Source of the DNA: Ylistrum balloti | Lineage: Eukaryota | Direction of reading: 5' to 3' | NCBI RefSeq assembly: GCF_031769215.1 | Contig: NW_026782309.1 | Coordinates: forward strand, 248,001 to 312,000 | DNA: 64,000 nucleotides | Shown here: in pieces, positions 13,439 to 25,500 of the stretch | Layout of the letters: every line of letters begins with the position of its first letter | Position numbering within the stretch: the first letter of the stretch is position 1 | The notes under the pieces: generated by a model | The model's database searches: none | What the model saw: the letters and a program-made list of their open reading frames with translations, nothing else | What the model was told of the DNA's origin: nothing | Position numbers and translations under genes: made by a program

Positions 13439-16400
13439 ATGGCAGGTCCGAAGACTGATTACCACTTAGCAGACTGGATGTCACATCTTCCCGAGAGTTG
13501 TGTACAGACACCACTAAACCTTCTAGCCATTCCGGGTATTATTTTTAAGCAATTTCCGACCCAGTCCTTTTGTTTTCACTTTATTGTCACTTACCAGGGA
13601 GCAGGAAAGTCACGTTTGTGATAACTTTTAACTTCAATGGATGCTCTACTGTACTGTAAAGTACCCTGATCAAGAGATTTTGGACCAAGGGTGTCGCAGT
13701 TTTCTCCAAACTATTTCACCAAGAGCTTTGTTTGCCGGTTTTGAAATAACTGAAGTCAGTAGCCTAGATGCATACAGTAGAAACCAAGAAAGGAAGATAA
13801 GTTTCTCAATTCAGTATTGGATCGGATTTTATGAATTGCTTCTATGAAAGTAGCTTGAAGGAAAGACGCCTTTTGCCCCTCTTACTAATGGCATCGAATC
13901 ACAAAAAAAAAATCTCGTATTAAAGTTTGATAACAATATTACCCTGTGAGTCTTAGGGTTTGATACTTTTTTTCCAAAATATTGAAATCATTAAATATAT
14001 ATTTTGCCGTTTATTGTAGATACAAGTTATGTTTTTAGCAGAATTTGGGCCTGCTTAAGTAATACTGCAAAATCTGCAGTAGGTAAGATACATCTGACGT
14101 CTCTGTCGATAAAGTTTCACTCTATCCTAAAAGATACAAACATATTTCTATTGTATCAAGTTTGCATTCTAATTACTTCATCAAACATACAGCTGGTATG
14201 TGTATTTACCCGTATTGTAACCCATACATCTATACATGACTATACAATACTGAAAAGGTTTACACCTACATAATATACTGGTTGATGTATATAAGTATGC
14301 ATCACATAGACTGGTATACAGTCTAAAGTGTGCATCCACAAACACATTTTTTCTTTTTTGTAATTTATGTATCATTTCTGTTGCATCAAACAATATGCAA
14401 TACATACTGAATCAGATATGTTCAATGAATGATCTATGAATCCTTTTTATCTAGCATAGCAATAATGGGCACAAGATTTAAACAGGTGTAACAGGAAGGA
14501 GTAAATAAAAACACAATGCAACCACTGGGATTCCAACTAATGACCTTTCGGTATACTCTACAGCTCAACTAAAGGGAAATTCTCACAAGCCAAAACTTGT
14601 AAGGCAACCTGTACTCTCAACTCCTTCACAGGTTCAGATAGATTAGTTTATCAGTGAAATTGGATAATGACTGCTTAATGGTAAATGGGTAATATCCAGT
14701 TTGGTATGAATTAGTGTATACAGATAGGGTAGTCTGTTATAGTGATTCTGGCACACAGTTATAGATTTTTTTTCAATATAATAGCAGGCATACACATATT
14801 TCTGTTTCTGTTTCGGATCATCATCTGAAAAGGTAGGGATAAGGTTCAATACTTTTCAACAATATAATTTACTATCTTGTGTATAAAACATGTACCCATT
14901 ACACCTCCAAAGTATCTCTGTCTACCCATCCCAGTAGCCCCACCTAGCATGGATAAATGCCCTTACAGTCAAAAGTTATGTGTTTAAATCCTATCTCCTG
15001 CGTCAACCTTATCCAGTGTATGTAACATATCTTTTCTGTATATAAAATGGCAGTAATGTATCAGTCATGTATCATGTATATTTCCCACTGTTTGATGTTT
15101 GGCACGTACTTTATGTCCCTTTGGAAGGATAACACAAAGAGTTGGAAAAGTCCAATGCCTTGGTGCTGGTTGATGTATCAGTAAAGGAATCCTGTTTTAT
15201 GTCCCTTTGTTTTTCAAGTATAAGATGCTCATATAAATATGCCCAATAGACTTGTACCTGCAAAGTTGAAATTGAAGTTTTGTATTAAAAGAAATTCCTA
15301 ACTATTGAAAACTATATTTAAAATATCTGAATGACTTGGAGTGATGATGGTAGCAGTGATTAACAGATCCCAAGAGAAGTATTACAATGATGTGTAATGT
15401 GAAGGATCGAGAACCTCGCTTCTGATCTTTTATAGCTGCATCATCGTAGCTTGGTGACAATTCATCTCGTGGGCTGATCTATCTCATGTGTATCTAGTTG
15501 TCTGGTTCATCACAGGTTGATCATGTTGGCTGATCCATCTCTGGTACAGGTAATCTTGTTAGATGACCCATCACAAGAATATCTTGTTGGCCAATCCATC
15601 AAATGTGTATCTAGTTTGTGTAGCCATCATTTTGAAAATGTCTCTAATTATCTTCTTCATATTGATTGGTGACTTTAAGAAATTTCAGTCAAGGACCGTG
15701 GTTGATCTTTATTAAAGTCCATATGCCATTAATGGAAAAGAAAGATATTGATATTAGATACAAATTAAAACCAGGGTGCACTTCAGTCAATGATTGATTC
15801 ATTGATAATGAGTAAAGAATGTCATCAAAACAAGAAGACTGAAAACTGTCATGAAGAAGAAGAGAGAAAATTCAACATGAAATTAAAAGTTTCAAATTAA
15901 TGAAAGTATGAAATTTTTTTGAAAGGTCAGGTTGCCACTGAGGTTGAAAATTTACCTTGAGACCTTTTATGTGCAGCTTGATATCCCGTGTTCTACTTCT
16001 AGATAATGGGTTTGTTTTAACTTTGTTTTTCCTTTTGCCAAGGATCCCATGACTCCTTCAGCTACTCCGTCACTCCAGCAGGAGATGTGGGGCCAGATGA
16101 ACCACAGTGGATCCAGGATCTTATCCGTATGTTTGGTACAGCTGGTAAAGACATAATGTACCGATGGTCCGTCACCCAGAATCTCAATGTATCTCAACAG
16201 CTGGAACAAGGAATACGGTACCTCGACTGTCGTGTCTGCTGGTCATCAAAGACACAAGATTTCCATTTCCTGCATGGGCTGCTTGGGGCCAAAGTATCAG
16301 CTTGCTTAGATGATGTCAGTTCATTCTTAGAAAAGCATCCAAAAGAAGTGCTGATTTTGGATTTCAATCATTTTTACTGCATGTCCAATACAGATCATGT

Positions 16401-16881
16401 TAATCTTCTAACAATGCTGACAGACAAATTTGGGAGCAAGATGTGTCCTTATATAGACATGGAAAGTGTTACTCTGGATATGATGTGGGAGCACAATCTT
16501 CAGGTCCTCATTTTCTATCAGAATGATGTTGTCAAAGAACACCTGACCTTTTGGCCTGGCACAACAATCCGAGCACCCTGGGCAAACACTCCAAATATTC
16601 CAGACTTGATGTCTTTCTTGGATAACCAGTACAAGACAGGGAGAATAGACAATGTTTTTTATGTGTGGCAAGGTGTCCTCACACCTGGAGTGGCCACAGT
16701 TATTGCTAACTTTAGTAGTAGTCTTAAAGATACACTTGCAAAAAAATTGGCGCCTTTTTTTGTCAGCTGGCTTAAGGATAAGAAGACTGGAAGCCATGGA
16801 ATCAGTATCTGTGGCATGGACTTCATAGAACTTGGTAACTATGTGTCTACCTTGATAGAGCTGAATTACAGTGCATGTTAA
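13439..16881 (+). CDS. PLCXD: PI-PLC X domain-containing protein (PLCXD2/3-like), 311 aa; exons 13439-13535 and 16043-16881
   Basis: Exon 1 MAGPKTDYHLADWMSHLP...LNLLAIPG|gt joins in phase 1 to ag|GSHDSFSY. Motifs QLEQGIRYLDCRV, HFLHGL and KEVLILDFNHF; both catalytic-type histidines are present. 936 nt = 312 codons including the stop. Confidence 0.92.
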
Positions 16882-18427
16882 ATTTCTTAACGTTTCAATC
16901 TGCATACATATTGTACATTGGGATTTATAAATTCAAATTCTTGGAACACTTGCTGCATTTAGGATTCATTTAATTAGTTACTTCTTTAAAAGTGGCTGCA
17001 AGGAAAAGACCTTTTAATCTTGAAAATATGCCATAGCATATGTCATTTTATAGGAAGGGTTTTAAAGTTTTTGTTTTTAGACTAACTCAATATTGGTCTA
17101 TATTCAAAGTAGTAGTTGCATGCAAAGTGAGAAATTATTTAAATTTTTTTTTCTTTCCTGTTGTTTATTGGTTTGTAAACTACATTAGGTTATACAAATG
17201 ATTTAAATGACATATGTTTTGTTTAAATATCTGTAAAAAAAATTTCAGTTCACACACCAGTAAACAAGAAAAAGGAATATTATTTCTTATATTTACATTT
17301 TGACAATTATATGTTAATTTACACTACTTTGAAAAATTATTAATCATCATTCATTGGATGTTAGACGCACTGATGGAACAGCCAGACCACTGATGGAACA
17401 GCCAGACCACTGATGGAATAGTGAAACAGCTGATTCCATTTTAGTGTGAAGGGTTGTCAGACTTGATGTCACGTTTACCTAAGTGTAAACATTCAATATT
17501 GTTGCTAAGGCCAAATGGAGAATACATACCGGAAATGTAAACAATAACATGAATTTGAACACTGATTGGAGAATATTAGTTTATTATTAAAAAGATACCT
17601 ACTAAGTGAAATGGCCTTTAAAGGTATCAAACTTGACATTTTCAATGCTGTTATCTCCAATGGATCTGTGGCTTATCTTTGAAACCAGCATATTTTTAAT
17701 GCTAAAGGCAATGAAATTCCTACAAAGCAACCAATGGTGATGAGACTATCTTATTTTAAGGTAACTAGACTCTGAAATTTTATGCAAACAACCCATGGTT
17801 TCTTTTCAAGACAATATGGTGTGGTAACTTGGTAAAGCATTTGTTGCTGCCGACTGACACAACAAGAGAAAGTCTGTTGGGGGTCACACCTTAGGTCCTC
17901 TGTTGAATGCTTTGCAATGGTAATTGTTATACTATGAAACGTTAAAGGTTATTTATATATATTTAGAATGCATTGTGGAGGTATATTAGGGACAGGAACT
18001 GTTAATTTTTTGAACAGTAATTGTTGTAATCATGTTGAATTGATCTGTGATAACCCTAGTTGAATCTCTTCATTCATTACACAAAGACTCTAGAAAAAGT
18101 ACACAGAGAATAAAACCAGGTGTTCCGAAATGGTAAGTGTCTCTTGCTTCATTGACAACTTTACTTTTGAGTATATTAGAATAAGAGAAAATTATGTAGA
18201 TTGATTTTTATTTATACTGGATTTTAAACAGAACCATTTTTACATTATTACATATACAATAATATTTTTCTGTGAAGTAATTTCCTTATCCAGAATACTG
18301 GTATTGATTTGTGGGTTTTTTAATGCAATAAAATGGCTGTAATTAATATTATTAATTCATTATAATTGTTGTTAGCTGAGCTTTCTTAATGCCATCAATA
18401 TTGTGTAGTCCAAGACTCTACAAACAT

Positions 18428-18553
18428 GCAGAAATATTCAATATTTAGTAAATATTTGGCAGAAATATTCAATTTTTTCTGAATACTTGGCAGAAATATT
18501 CAATATTTACCATATACTTGCCAGAAATATTCGATATTTTCCGAATACTTGCC
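18428..18553. repeat. Short tandem repeat, about 4 copies of a ~31-bp unit (GCAGAAATATTCAATATTT..AATACTTG)
   Basis: Four degenerate copies are readable directly. Confidence 0.8.
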
Positions 18554-19296
18554 ACATAATGTTACATATACATGAAAGTAATAAGCTTGTCTGAATGTAT
18601 GTTTTTTTTTTTTTTTTTTGTTTAAGTAGGCCTACTAAGGCTATTGATATGAAACTAAGAGAAACTTTACAAAGGTAGTATGTATGTTTTAATATTAATT
18701 ATTTTTTTCACAAATGATAACCAGAAGAATTTTTTTTCTCTCTATTTGTGAGAAATGATATATTTATTGGTATTATGTTATATATGTACAGCTGTACTGT
18801 TATATGTATTCATATTTTATTGTAAAGGCTGTTTACATAGATTTTGTGATACTGATTCACTTTATGATGATATCAAAATACAGATTACAAGTACCTACAA
18901 CCATCTTCTGCTATCACATGTACTTTATATATATACAGGTACATCATGTATGATATAGATACATAAATTGTACAAAGCTGGGGTTTGTTCCCTCTTTTGA
19001 GGGTTATCTGCTTGCTGAGTCAGTCCTTTTAGAATTCTACCTCATCAACTAATTTAAAAAATGCCTGGTTGATTGATAATAAGCCCAACCAACTGTTGCT
19101 ATTTAAAAGAATCTGGTATCGAGCTCTGAAGCCCCGACTTTGATCCAGAATCACAGAACAAATTTTTTATACTTTTTTATTTATTTATTATTTATAGAAC
19201 TTCACTCTTTAGTTTTGTTTTATTTTCGTTGTAAACTAATTAGGTTGTACAAGTATCTCGGTTACAGTCATAAGTTGAACTTGGGAGCTACAACAC

Positions 19297-19487
19297 TTAG
19301 AAATTTTCAAGATAATGAACTAGTTTCATTGATTTGTCTCTCAAAATTTTTCTGATTTATTATTTTGTGGTGAGAAAAGGATTTTTTTTTATTTAGAAAT
19401 TTTCAAGATAATGAACTAGTTTCATTGATTTGTCTCTCAAAATTTTTCTGATTTATTATTTTGTGGTGAGAAAAGGATTTTTTTTTA
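19297..19487. repeat. Tandem duplication of a ~96-bp segment
   Basis: TTAGAAATTTTCAAGATAATGAAC...GAAAAGGATTTTTTTTTAT occurs at 19297 and again at 19393, differing only in T-run length. Confidence 0.92.
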
Positions 19488-20029
19488 TTCAATGTTTTAA
19501 CATTCTGATAAACGCTTTGGTGAAGTAAGTATATTTCTCTGAATTTTCCTATGACAAAAGGAATTGTTTTTTATTTTAGTATTTCATTTTTGCTTAAATA
19601 ACAATGGAAGTAGAAGATCATACATCAGAGTCAATGTTATATAATCAAACTTGATAAATAAGATCTCCTCATAAATATGTCCCAGTCTTTCAGCAAGACT
19701 AATATGATATTAATTCGTTCAATCATTTTACATTACAGTTTACCTACTGATCAGGTTAATAGAAACATGAATCATAAAACTTAACATTTTTTTATTAATT
19801 TTTCATTCATACACTAAAAATATATGTGTTCACAAATTTTCAAATGAAAGAACTGCCACCTATCAACAAATGTCATAGTAACTATAATATCTGATGATGT
19901 AAATAATGGGAACAGAGTATTTCTACCTCTAACAAGTGTTTACTGAGCTCGGAAGTTTAGTAAATAAGATATATTACCTCTAGTATCCTAATTTTAACAT
20001 TAGAGACAATTTTGTTTTGCTTATTTGCT

Positions 20030-20220
20030 TTAAGTCCTATTAACAGTCACTGAAGGATGTGGCAGGTTTGGGCGGTGGAGGAAAGCTGAAGTTCCAGAAG
20101 CAAAACCCACCGACCTGCGGCCAGTACCTGACAATTGCCTGATGTAGGCTGTGACCTTGAGGTATAGGGCAAGTGATGAAGGTGTCTTGACGTCTTAACT
20201 ACACAGCCACTGCAGCCTCC
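20030..20220 (-). mobile_element. Degenerate tRNA-derived SINE (V-domain-like core)
   Basis: Minus strand has an A-box-like head (TGGCTGTGTAGTTAAG), a decayed B box, and a GGTTTTGCTTCTGGAACTTCAGCTTTCCTCCACC core resembling the GGTTTTCTCCGGGTACTCCGGTTTCCTCC domain of V-type SINEs. Confidence 0.6.
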
Positions 20221-21263
20221 GTAGCAAATTATACATGGACCTTTTCCTTAAAGTTTAGAACACAGCTCTTTTATCGCATATTTATAAAATGTTACTAGTC
20301 ATGTATCCCTTTGATATATTTGTCAGTAATATTTGTTGAAATTAATTATATGTATGGTAGGATTTTTTAAGAGTAGGAAATGTTGCTTACATGATACATT
20401 TATAACATACAGTCTTCTCTCCACTTCGTGCCCGAAAAGAAAACTCAAACCCGCAAATACTCATTTGCCGTACTAGCCCGTCACGAATTAGTGCAGTAGG
20501 CGTTTAATAATACATGGTGTAGAAAATACATTGTACGTACGAATCTCACTCCGACAGACGTGACGCAAACGTCCCTAACGCACACACTCCTCACCCACGA
20601 GAGCGTCCTAGACACTCCATACTCACCTCCCATCACAGAATGTATCGCGCGCCCAGGAAAAACCGGAGATAATCCCCGGAAACCTGTGTCCAACGGGGCT
20701 GGAATCGATTACCTCCAATTGCAATACGTTCTCCGGGCCGACACAAGGACCGGTGTCGAAAAAAAAAAAAAAAAATAATAAAAACAATCGTTCTACCGGA
20801 GCGCCGCTAACACAATATCAGCCAATCACACTCCCACTAAGCATACCCAGACTTCCAGATTTCCTCGCCAGGAATGCAAGCATAAAATAGCAAGACTAGA
20901 AAACGGAGCAAACCAACTACATATAATAATACTGATAGGCACACTAACTAACTAAATTAACTGGACTGCACTGCTAGACGGAGAGCTAGAGAATGACTAT
21001 TCACCCGCGCACCCACCCTTACCTGGGCATACGCACGTGCTCTACGTGCCTGAGAAGACGAACTATTCCCGCTATACTACCGAAACGCGGGAATATTTAA
21101 GTCTTCTCTCCACTTCGTGCCCGAAAAGAAAACTCAAACCCGCAAATACTCATTTGCCGTACTAGCCCGTCACGAATTAGAGAATTAACAAAGAAAGGGC
21201 AAGGGGGTTGTGGTTGGGGAATACCTAACCGCCTTTGAATAATTGATCAAATAACCATATTAA

Positions 21264-22278
21264 TTACAAACCTAACTTCTGTGTTACCAGTAAACGAGAC
21301 TCCAAAGAGTCAGCGACATAACCATCCTTGCTAGATTCGCCTTTCCAGCGGCCATGCCTCCTGAAACATCGATCGTTCACTCCGTTGTTGGCGGCCACTG
21401 TGGCGCCCCCTGCTCTGAGCGAGTGTAAACCAAAATTTGTATCATTGGAAACTAGTTTCAACCTTTTCATGACAGCTTGCCTAGCCCCTGTGTAACTAAG
21501 TGGCTTATTTTTGTTAATAAGCTTACAACCCTGACCGGAACGATAAACTTGCTTAAACAAAAAATGATCCGAACTTAAGTCAATTTTTGATAACTCAACA
21601 TACCTTGATAACATGGTGTACGGACAAGCTACAGTCGAACCTTTACTGATGACCACTTGACTACCAAAGCGATATTTGTCTGTTTTACTTTTCCTGATAT
21701 TGAGCGTTAAATGCCCCTCGAAAAACTGAACATCAGAGCAACGCAAACTACTGAGCTCGTTAAAACGTAAAAAAAACCGGAAAACCCTAACAAAATCATG
21801 GCAAGATCTCTCACTACCAACAAGTCATTCTCATTCAAAAACATTCCACACAAATTGATCAAAATGTCAGTCGTGACCGGTTCCTTTTTGCAAACAGGAT
21901 TTTTAGCCTCTCGTTTGGAAAATTCAATTAAGTTCTGTACGAATGAGTTTGTTGTAGGGTCGATGTGTCCGTTAAGATTGTGCACCCATTTGATAGCATA
22001 TACTGCAGACGACACCACTGCGTAAGTCCCTCCCTTTTCCAATAAAGAATTTAAATATAATGCCACGTGTATGGGATTTGCCGGGATAGACGAAAAACCA
22101 TGTCCGGAAATGAAATGTTCCCATTTCGCGAAAGCTCCATAGTACTTGGTGCCTGTGTTGACACTCCTGCTTAGTAAAAGTCTGCCAGCCATACCCTCGG
22201 TCAGAGCGTGCAGATCGGAACCCTCCGTTACCCCAGAAGCTTTGACGGCATCGCTGATCGACTTCCTCAGTCCTATGC
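21264..22278 (-). CDS. Tyrosine recombinase of the retrotransposon, interrupted by one frameshift in a T8 run (21769-21776)
   Basis: Frame 1 (to ..GFSGFF) carries the core-binding region; frame 2 resumes LRFNEL..RKSKTD..HSLRAGGAT..RHGRW..DGYV, giving a complete R-K-H-R-H/W-Y catalytic set. The track's start at 22339 is TTG, not ATG. Confidence 0.9.
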
Positions 22279-22335
22279 CTGTAACAATAAACACAGTAAA
22301 ACAATGCTCAGTATGGTATGAACATGTGTAAGTTT

Positions 22336-25300
22336 TCAATGTCTAAAGTCTAACCGGAGGGCCAACATGTCGAAACCCAAAATACTGGCTCCGAAACATC
22401 CATTGTTCCCCCTCCCCCTCAGTGTGACTTTTCTACTGGGCAGTATACGATAATCTACTATGAAAGAATCGAAAGCCCCATCCTTAGGACACAATAAGTG
22501 CCAGTATGCCGCGCCCCTCCAATGGGGGACAATTATGGTCCCATAAGCTCCTTCGTCCCTCATTTTGCTAACCACACCGCAAACGAGTCTAGGGGGAGGT
22601 ACTAACCAGTTGTTGACTCCCTGCCATCTTACCGTGAAAGCATCGACTGCCTCTGTACCCGGGCACCACCACTTGGAATTAAAACGCACACATTTGCTGT
22701 TATAATCTGTCGCGAACCGGTCGATTTGATGTGGACCCCATAATAACTGACACTCCTCAAAAACCCATGACTGCACCGACCAATCGTCACAGTCTTTACA
22801 TCTACTCAAGTAATCGGCGGTACTGTTACTAATCCTTGGTAGCCACTGTGTACTAACGCCCGTGTTATTATAATCCAACACCTCGTTAATCTCACGTGCG
22901 ACCCTCTGTAGGTCTGGCTTCCTGCTACCAGTTTTCACTATGGAACAAACGTTTCTGTTATCTGTTAACAGTTTTACCTGCTTACCTTTGACCATATCGA
23001 CCTTAGCCAACAACACCCTTTTGACTGCTTCTAACTCTCTCCAAGTTGAGCTATACCTTTTCTCCCGTTCATCCCATGTTCCCAACGCGACATGTTTATC
23101 CATGTGGTAAAGATCCCTTACTGTAGGAAGAGAGCGATCCAAAACGCTTACCTCGCTGCCCTGCAGACCAATCACGTCACTCACTGGGCCACCTACTAGT
23201 CCTCCCGTGGGACTAATACTGCTACCGTAGCAAAACCCGGGTCTCGGAGACCCCCTAACACCCTGGGTGCTGTTGCATTGACCAAGAAACTCGAACGTTT
23301 GACCCCATTTTGTTCCATCATGATCATGGCCTAAATATATCCGGGGTCGGACCTCACAAGCCCCCTGGGGGTGTTGAAAAACATCTGTACCATGTACCGT
23401 TACAAGGTCCCCCTGGGGGATTACACCTTGGTAACATTTGCTTGCACCTGTCTCGATACTGTTTGTATCGTGTATGTATGTGCACCCGTTGACACCTTGC
23501 GTCACTCCAACATGCTCACACCTGCCTGATGTGTCCACATATTGAACATAACCCCCGTATCCCTCACCGGATGCATCAGTACAAAGTATGGCGTCACAGA
23601 CTAGGTGTTGCTTTAACTGTGAACCCTTATCGTTCAGTGCCTTTACGTTAGACAACCAAAATTGGATCTCGTCTAGAGCTCCCGACGTGAGCAAAACACG
23701 CGCATTCCAACTGGCTCTAGCCAATACACACCTGTACAACTCCCGTGTACGTAGTCTAGCCACGTGACCGACAACACCTTGCATTGATATGACCTGACCT
23801 ACTATGCCCGCTATGTACCTGGCCGAGAGCAAAGGCAGGTCTTTCTGTTTGACATGTGTCATCGTATTGGTCAGCCAATACAAAAGCCGCTCGACACGAC
23901 CCGACGTGACCCTGACCACGCCTTCTCCCATCGACCACGTGTAACCTAACCACGTGACATGCTGGGAAGCTACCCAATTGGACTTCTCCTCGGCTATGAG
24001 AAAACCGTAATCGATCAATGCCTGTCTGACATACCTACTGGACTCGTTAGCCCCGCCCTCTGTCTCGTGACCTCCAATACCGTCGTCCAAATACATGACC
24101 AATTTGTGACCTAATAAACGGATAGATTTGACCACCTCCCTTAGAACCTTGGTAAACACGTAACCAGCAGTAGAGATACCAAACGGTAACACATTGAAAA
24201 CAAACTGGCGTGTTTTGCCTTCCACTTCAAACTCAAAACCGAGAAATTGCCTGTGCTCTTCAAAAATTTCGATATGGTGGTAAGCAGACTTCAAATCAAA
24301 AGTGAACAAAAAATCTCCTGGCTGGAAAACATCCCGTGCTACCCTTGCATCGTCGTATTTAAACTTGAATTTATGCAAAAAAGGGTTTATGTGCCTGCAA
24401 TCCAAAACTAGGCGGGGCTTACCTGATTGATTGAAAGCTACAGTGAGCGGATTTATGACCGCGGGCTCTGACGAAACTTCCGACACACAACCTAACCGTA
24501 AAAGCTTAGTTATCTCCCCCACGACAAAATCGGGGTTATCTTTTGCGGTTTTGTTATTTGACAAAGACACCCTTGGTGGAATTTCGTGAAAAGGAATTTT
24601 ATAACCTCTCTCGATGATAGATTGTACTACTTCAATGGTACCTTGGTCTGCCCAATACTGGCTCTTACCCTTCAAGCGCCCCACTGGCGAAGTATCACAT
24701 GTGACACGTGGAGCGTCCTGTGTCGCCCCTACCTTACCTGCGTCCTGCTTCGCCGATACTTTTTCATGCATATCAAATAAAGAACCACTTATCTTATATC
24801 CGGATACAGCCGAGGCGACTCCTTTGATTTCCGGACACTCTTGTCGCCAATGTCCGGCCTTTCCACACCCAAAGCATGTACCGGGCTTGGTCCCGCCCCG
24901 TGGGAAAGGACCTGTTCTGTCGGTCGTAGTAGCGGCGTTTGTCTGGCTCCTGGACACAAAAGTCTCTCTTTGATAAGGGTTGAAACGCTGTCTTCCCCTG
25001 CTGGACTTTAACTTTTCCGCCTTTGCCTTTTTAACTGCCTTGGAGCTGGCCCTGTCGATTTTCCTTTCATCGTCGGAGTCCGACGCTATAGGATTTGCTA
25101 CATACTCATCGACGGTTTTCCAGCCTGCTTCAGAACTGTCCGCCAACTTAATTAGCTTGTTGCGATAGTCTATAAGCGACATACCCTCCTGTATCTTAAG
25201 CCTGGCGGTGTCCATGTCCGTACTGACGGCCTGCGCGGCGTCCAATAATTTCCCGCGCACTTTGGTATTGAACTTGTACTGTTCCTCGCAACTTCTCTTT

Positions 25301-25500
25301 TTGAATTTGTAGGTATCCGTACACTGAATTGTTTCTTGTATCTTGTTTAAAGATGCCTCAGAATTTTCACACATTTTTCTCTCAAACGAGCTCAACTTTT
25401 GTGAAATTAATGTATCCAAATGCCCGAGTATTTCGTTTTGTGACTTTCCAACCGCAGCCTGTATCTGGTCCGACAGTGTGCATAATGAATCGTTCTGCAT
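22336..25500 (-). CDS. Retrotransposon gag-RT-RNase H-Dam-like MT polyprotein (1054 aa)
   Basis: Gag LIKLADSSEAGWKTVDEY..SDSDDERKI with CCHC knuckle CFGCGKAGHWRQEC; RT KPRLVLDCR, FDLKSAYHH, LPFG, YLDD; DIRS-type RNase H TDASG..SSTWRELEAV..TDN..ADYLSR; MT-like IDRFAT...DAFTVRW..NWLVPPP..GTIIVPHW. Confidence 0.95.
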   Translation of the reverse strand: MQNDSLCTLSDQIQAAVGKSQNEILGHLDTLISQKLSSFERKMCENSEASLNKIQETIQCTDTYKFKKRSCEEQYKFNTKVRGKLLDAAQAVSTDMDTARLKIQEGMSLIDYRNKLIKLADSSEAGWKTVDEYVANPIASDSDDERKIDRASSKAVKKAKAEKLKSSRGRQRFNPYQRETFVSRSQTNAATTTDRTGPFPRGGTKPGTCFGCGKAGHWRQECPEIKGVASAVSGYKISGSLFDMHEKVSAKQDAGKVGATQDAPRVTCDTSPVGRLKGKSQYWADQGTIEVVQSIIERGYKIPFHEIPPRVSLSNNKTAKDNPDFVVGEITKLLRLGCVSEVSSEPAVINPLTVAFNQSGKPRLVLDCRHINPFLHKFKFKYDDARVARDVFQPGDFLFTFDLKSAYHHIEIFEEHRQFLGFEFEVEGKTRQFVFNVLPFGISTAGYVFTKVLREVVKSIRLLGHKLVMYLDDGIGGHETEGGANESSRYVRQALIDYGFLIAEEKSNWVASQHVTWLGYTWSMGEGVVRVTSGRVERLLYWLTNTMTHVKQKDLPLLSARYIAGIVGQVISMQGVVGHVARLRTRELYRCVLARASWNARVLLTSGALDEIQFWLSNVKALNDKGSQLKQHLVCDAILCTDASGEGYGGYVQYVDTSGRCEHVGVTQGVNGCTYIHDTNSIETGASKCYQGVIPQGDLVTVHGTDVFQHPQGACEVRPRIYLGHDHDGTKWGQTFEFLGQCNSTQGVRGSPRPGFCYGSSISPTGGLVGGPVSDVIGLQGSEVSVLDRSLPTVRDLYHMDKHVALGTWDEREKRYSSTWRELEAVKRVLLAKVDMVKGKQVKLLTDNRNVCSIVKTGSRKPDLQRVAREINEVLDYNNTGVSTQWLPRISNSTADYLSRCKDCDDWSVQSWVFEECQLLWGPHQIDRFATDYNSKCVRFNSKWWCPGTEAVDAFTVRWQGVNNWLVPPPRLVCGVVSKMRDEGAYGTIIVPHWRGAAYWHLLCPKDGAFDSFIVDYRILPSRKVTLRGRGNNGCFGASILGFDMLALRLDFRH

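Noticed and set aside
12965-13514. ORFs of 79-114 aa upstream of PLCXD
   Set aside because: No motifs or splice support; they overlap the probable PLCXD promoter and 5' UTR.
16043-16881. PLCXD as a horizontally transferred bacterial PI-PLC or a retrocopy, given its single large exon
   Set aside because: It has a canonical phase-1 intron within the IPG|SHDS motif and animal PLCXD-type motifs; bacterial-like PI-PLC X proteins are a known native animal family.
16408-16905. 165-aa antisense ORF over PLCXD
   Set aside because: A shadow of the sense coding exon with no recognisable motifs. The same applies to 5482-5826, 6262-6504, 6685-6879 and the + strand ORFs inside the retrotransposon.
21972-22304. 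Alternative-frame ORF overlapping YR, which could be opened by the repeat-A donor (ATG CCC AG|G CAT...)
   Set aside because: No recognisable domain and an expected by-product of an overlapping frame; kept only as a junction to test in the splicing finding.
22336-22339. Stop-start overlap suggesting translational coupling of pol and YR
   Set aside because: The track's start is TTG from a bacterial-style caller; there is no ATG here.
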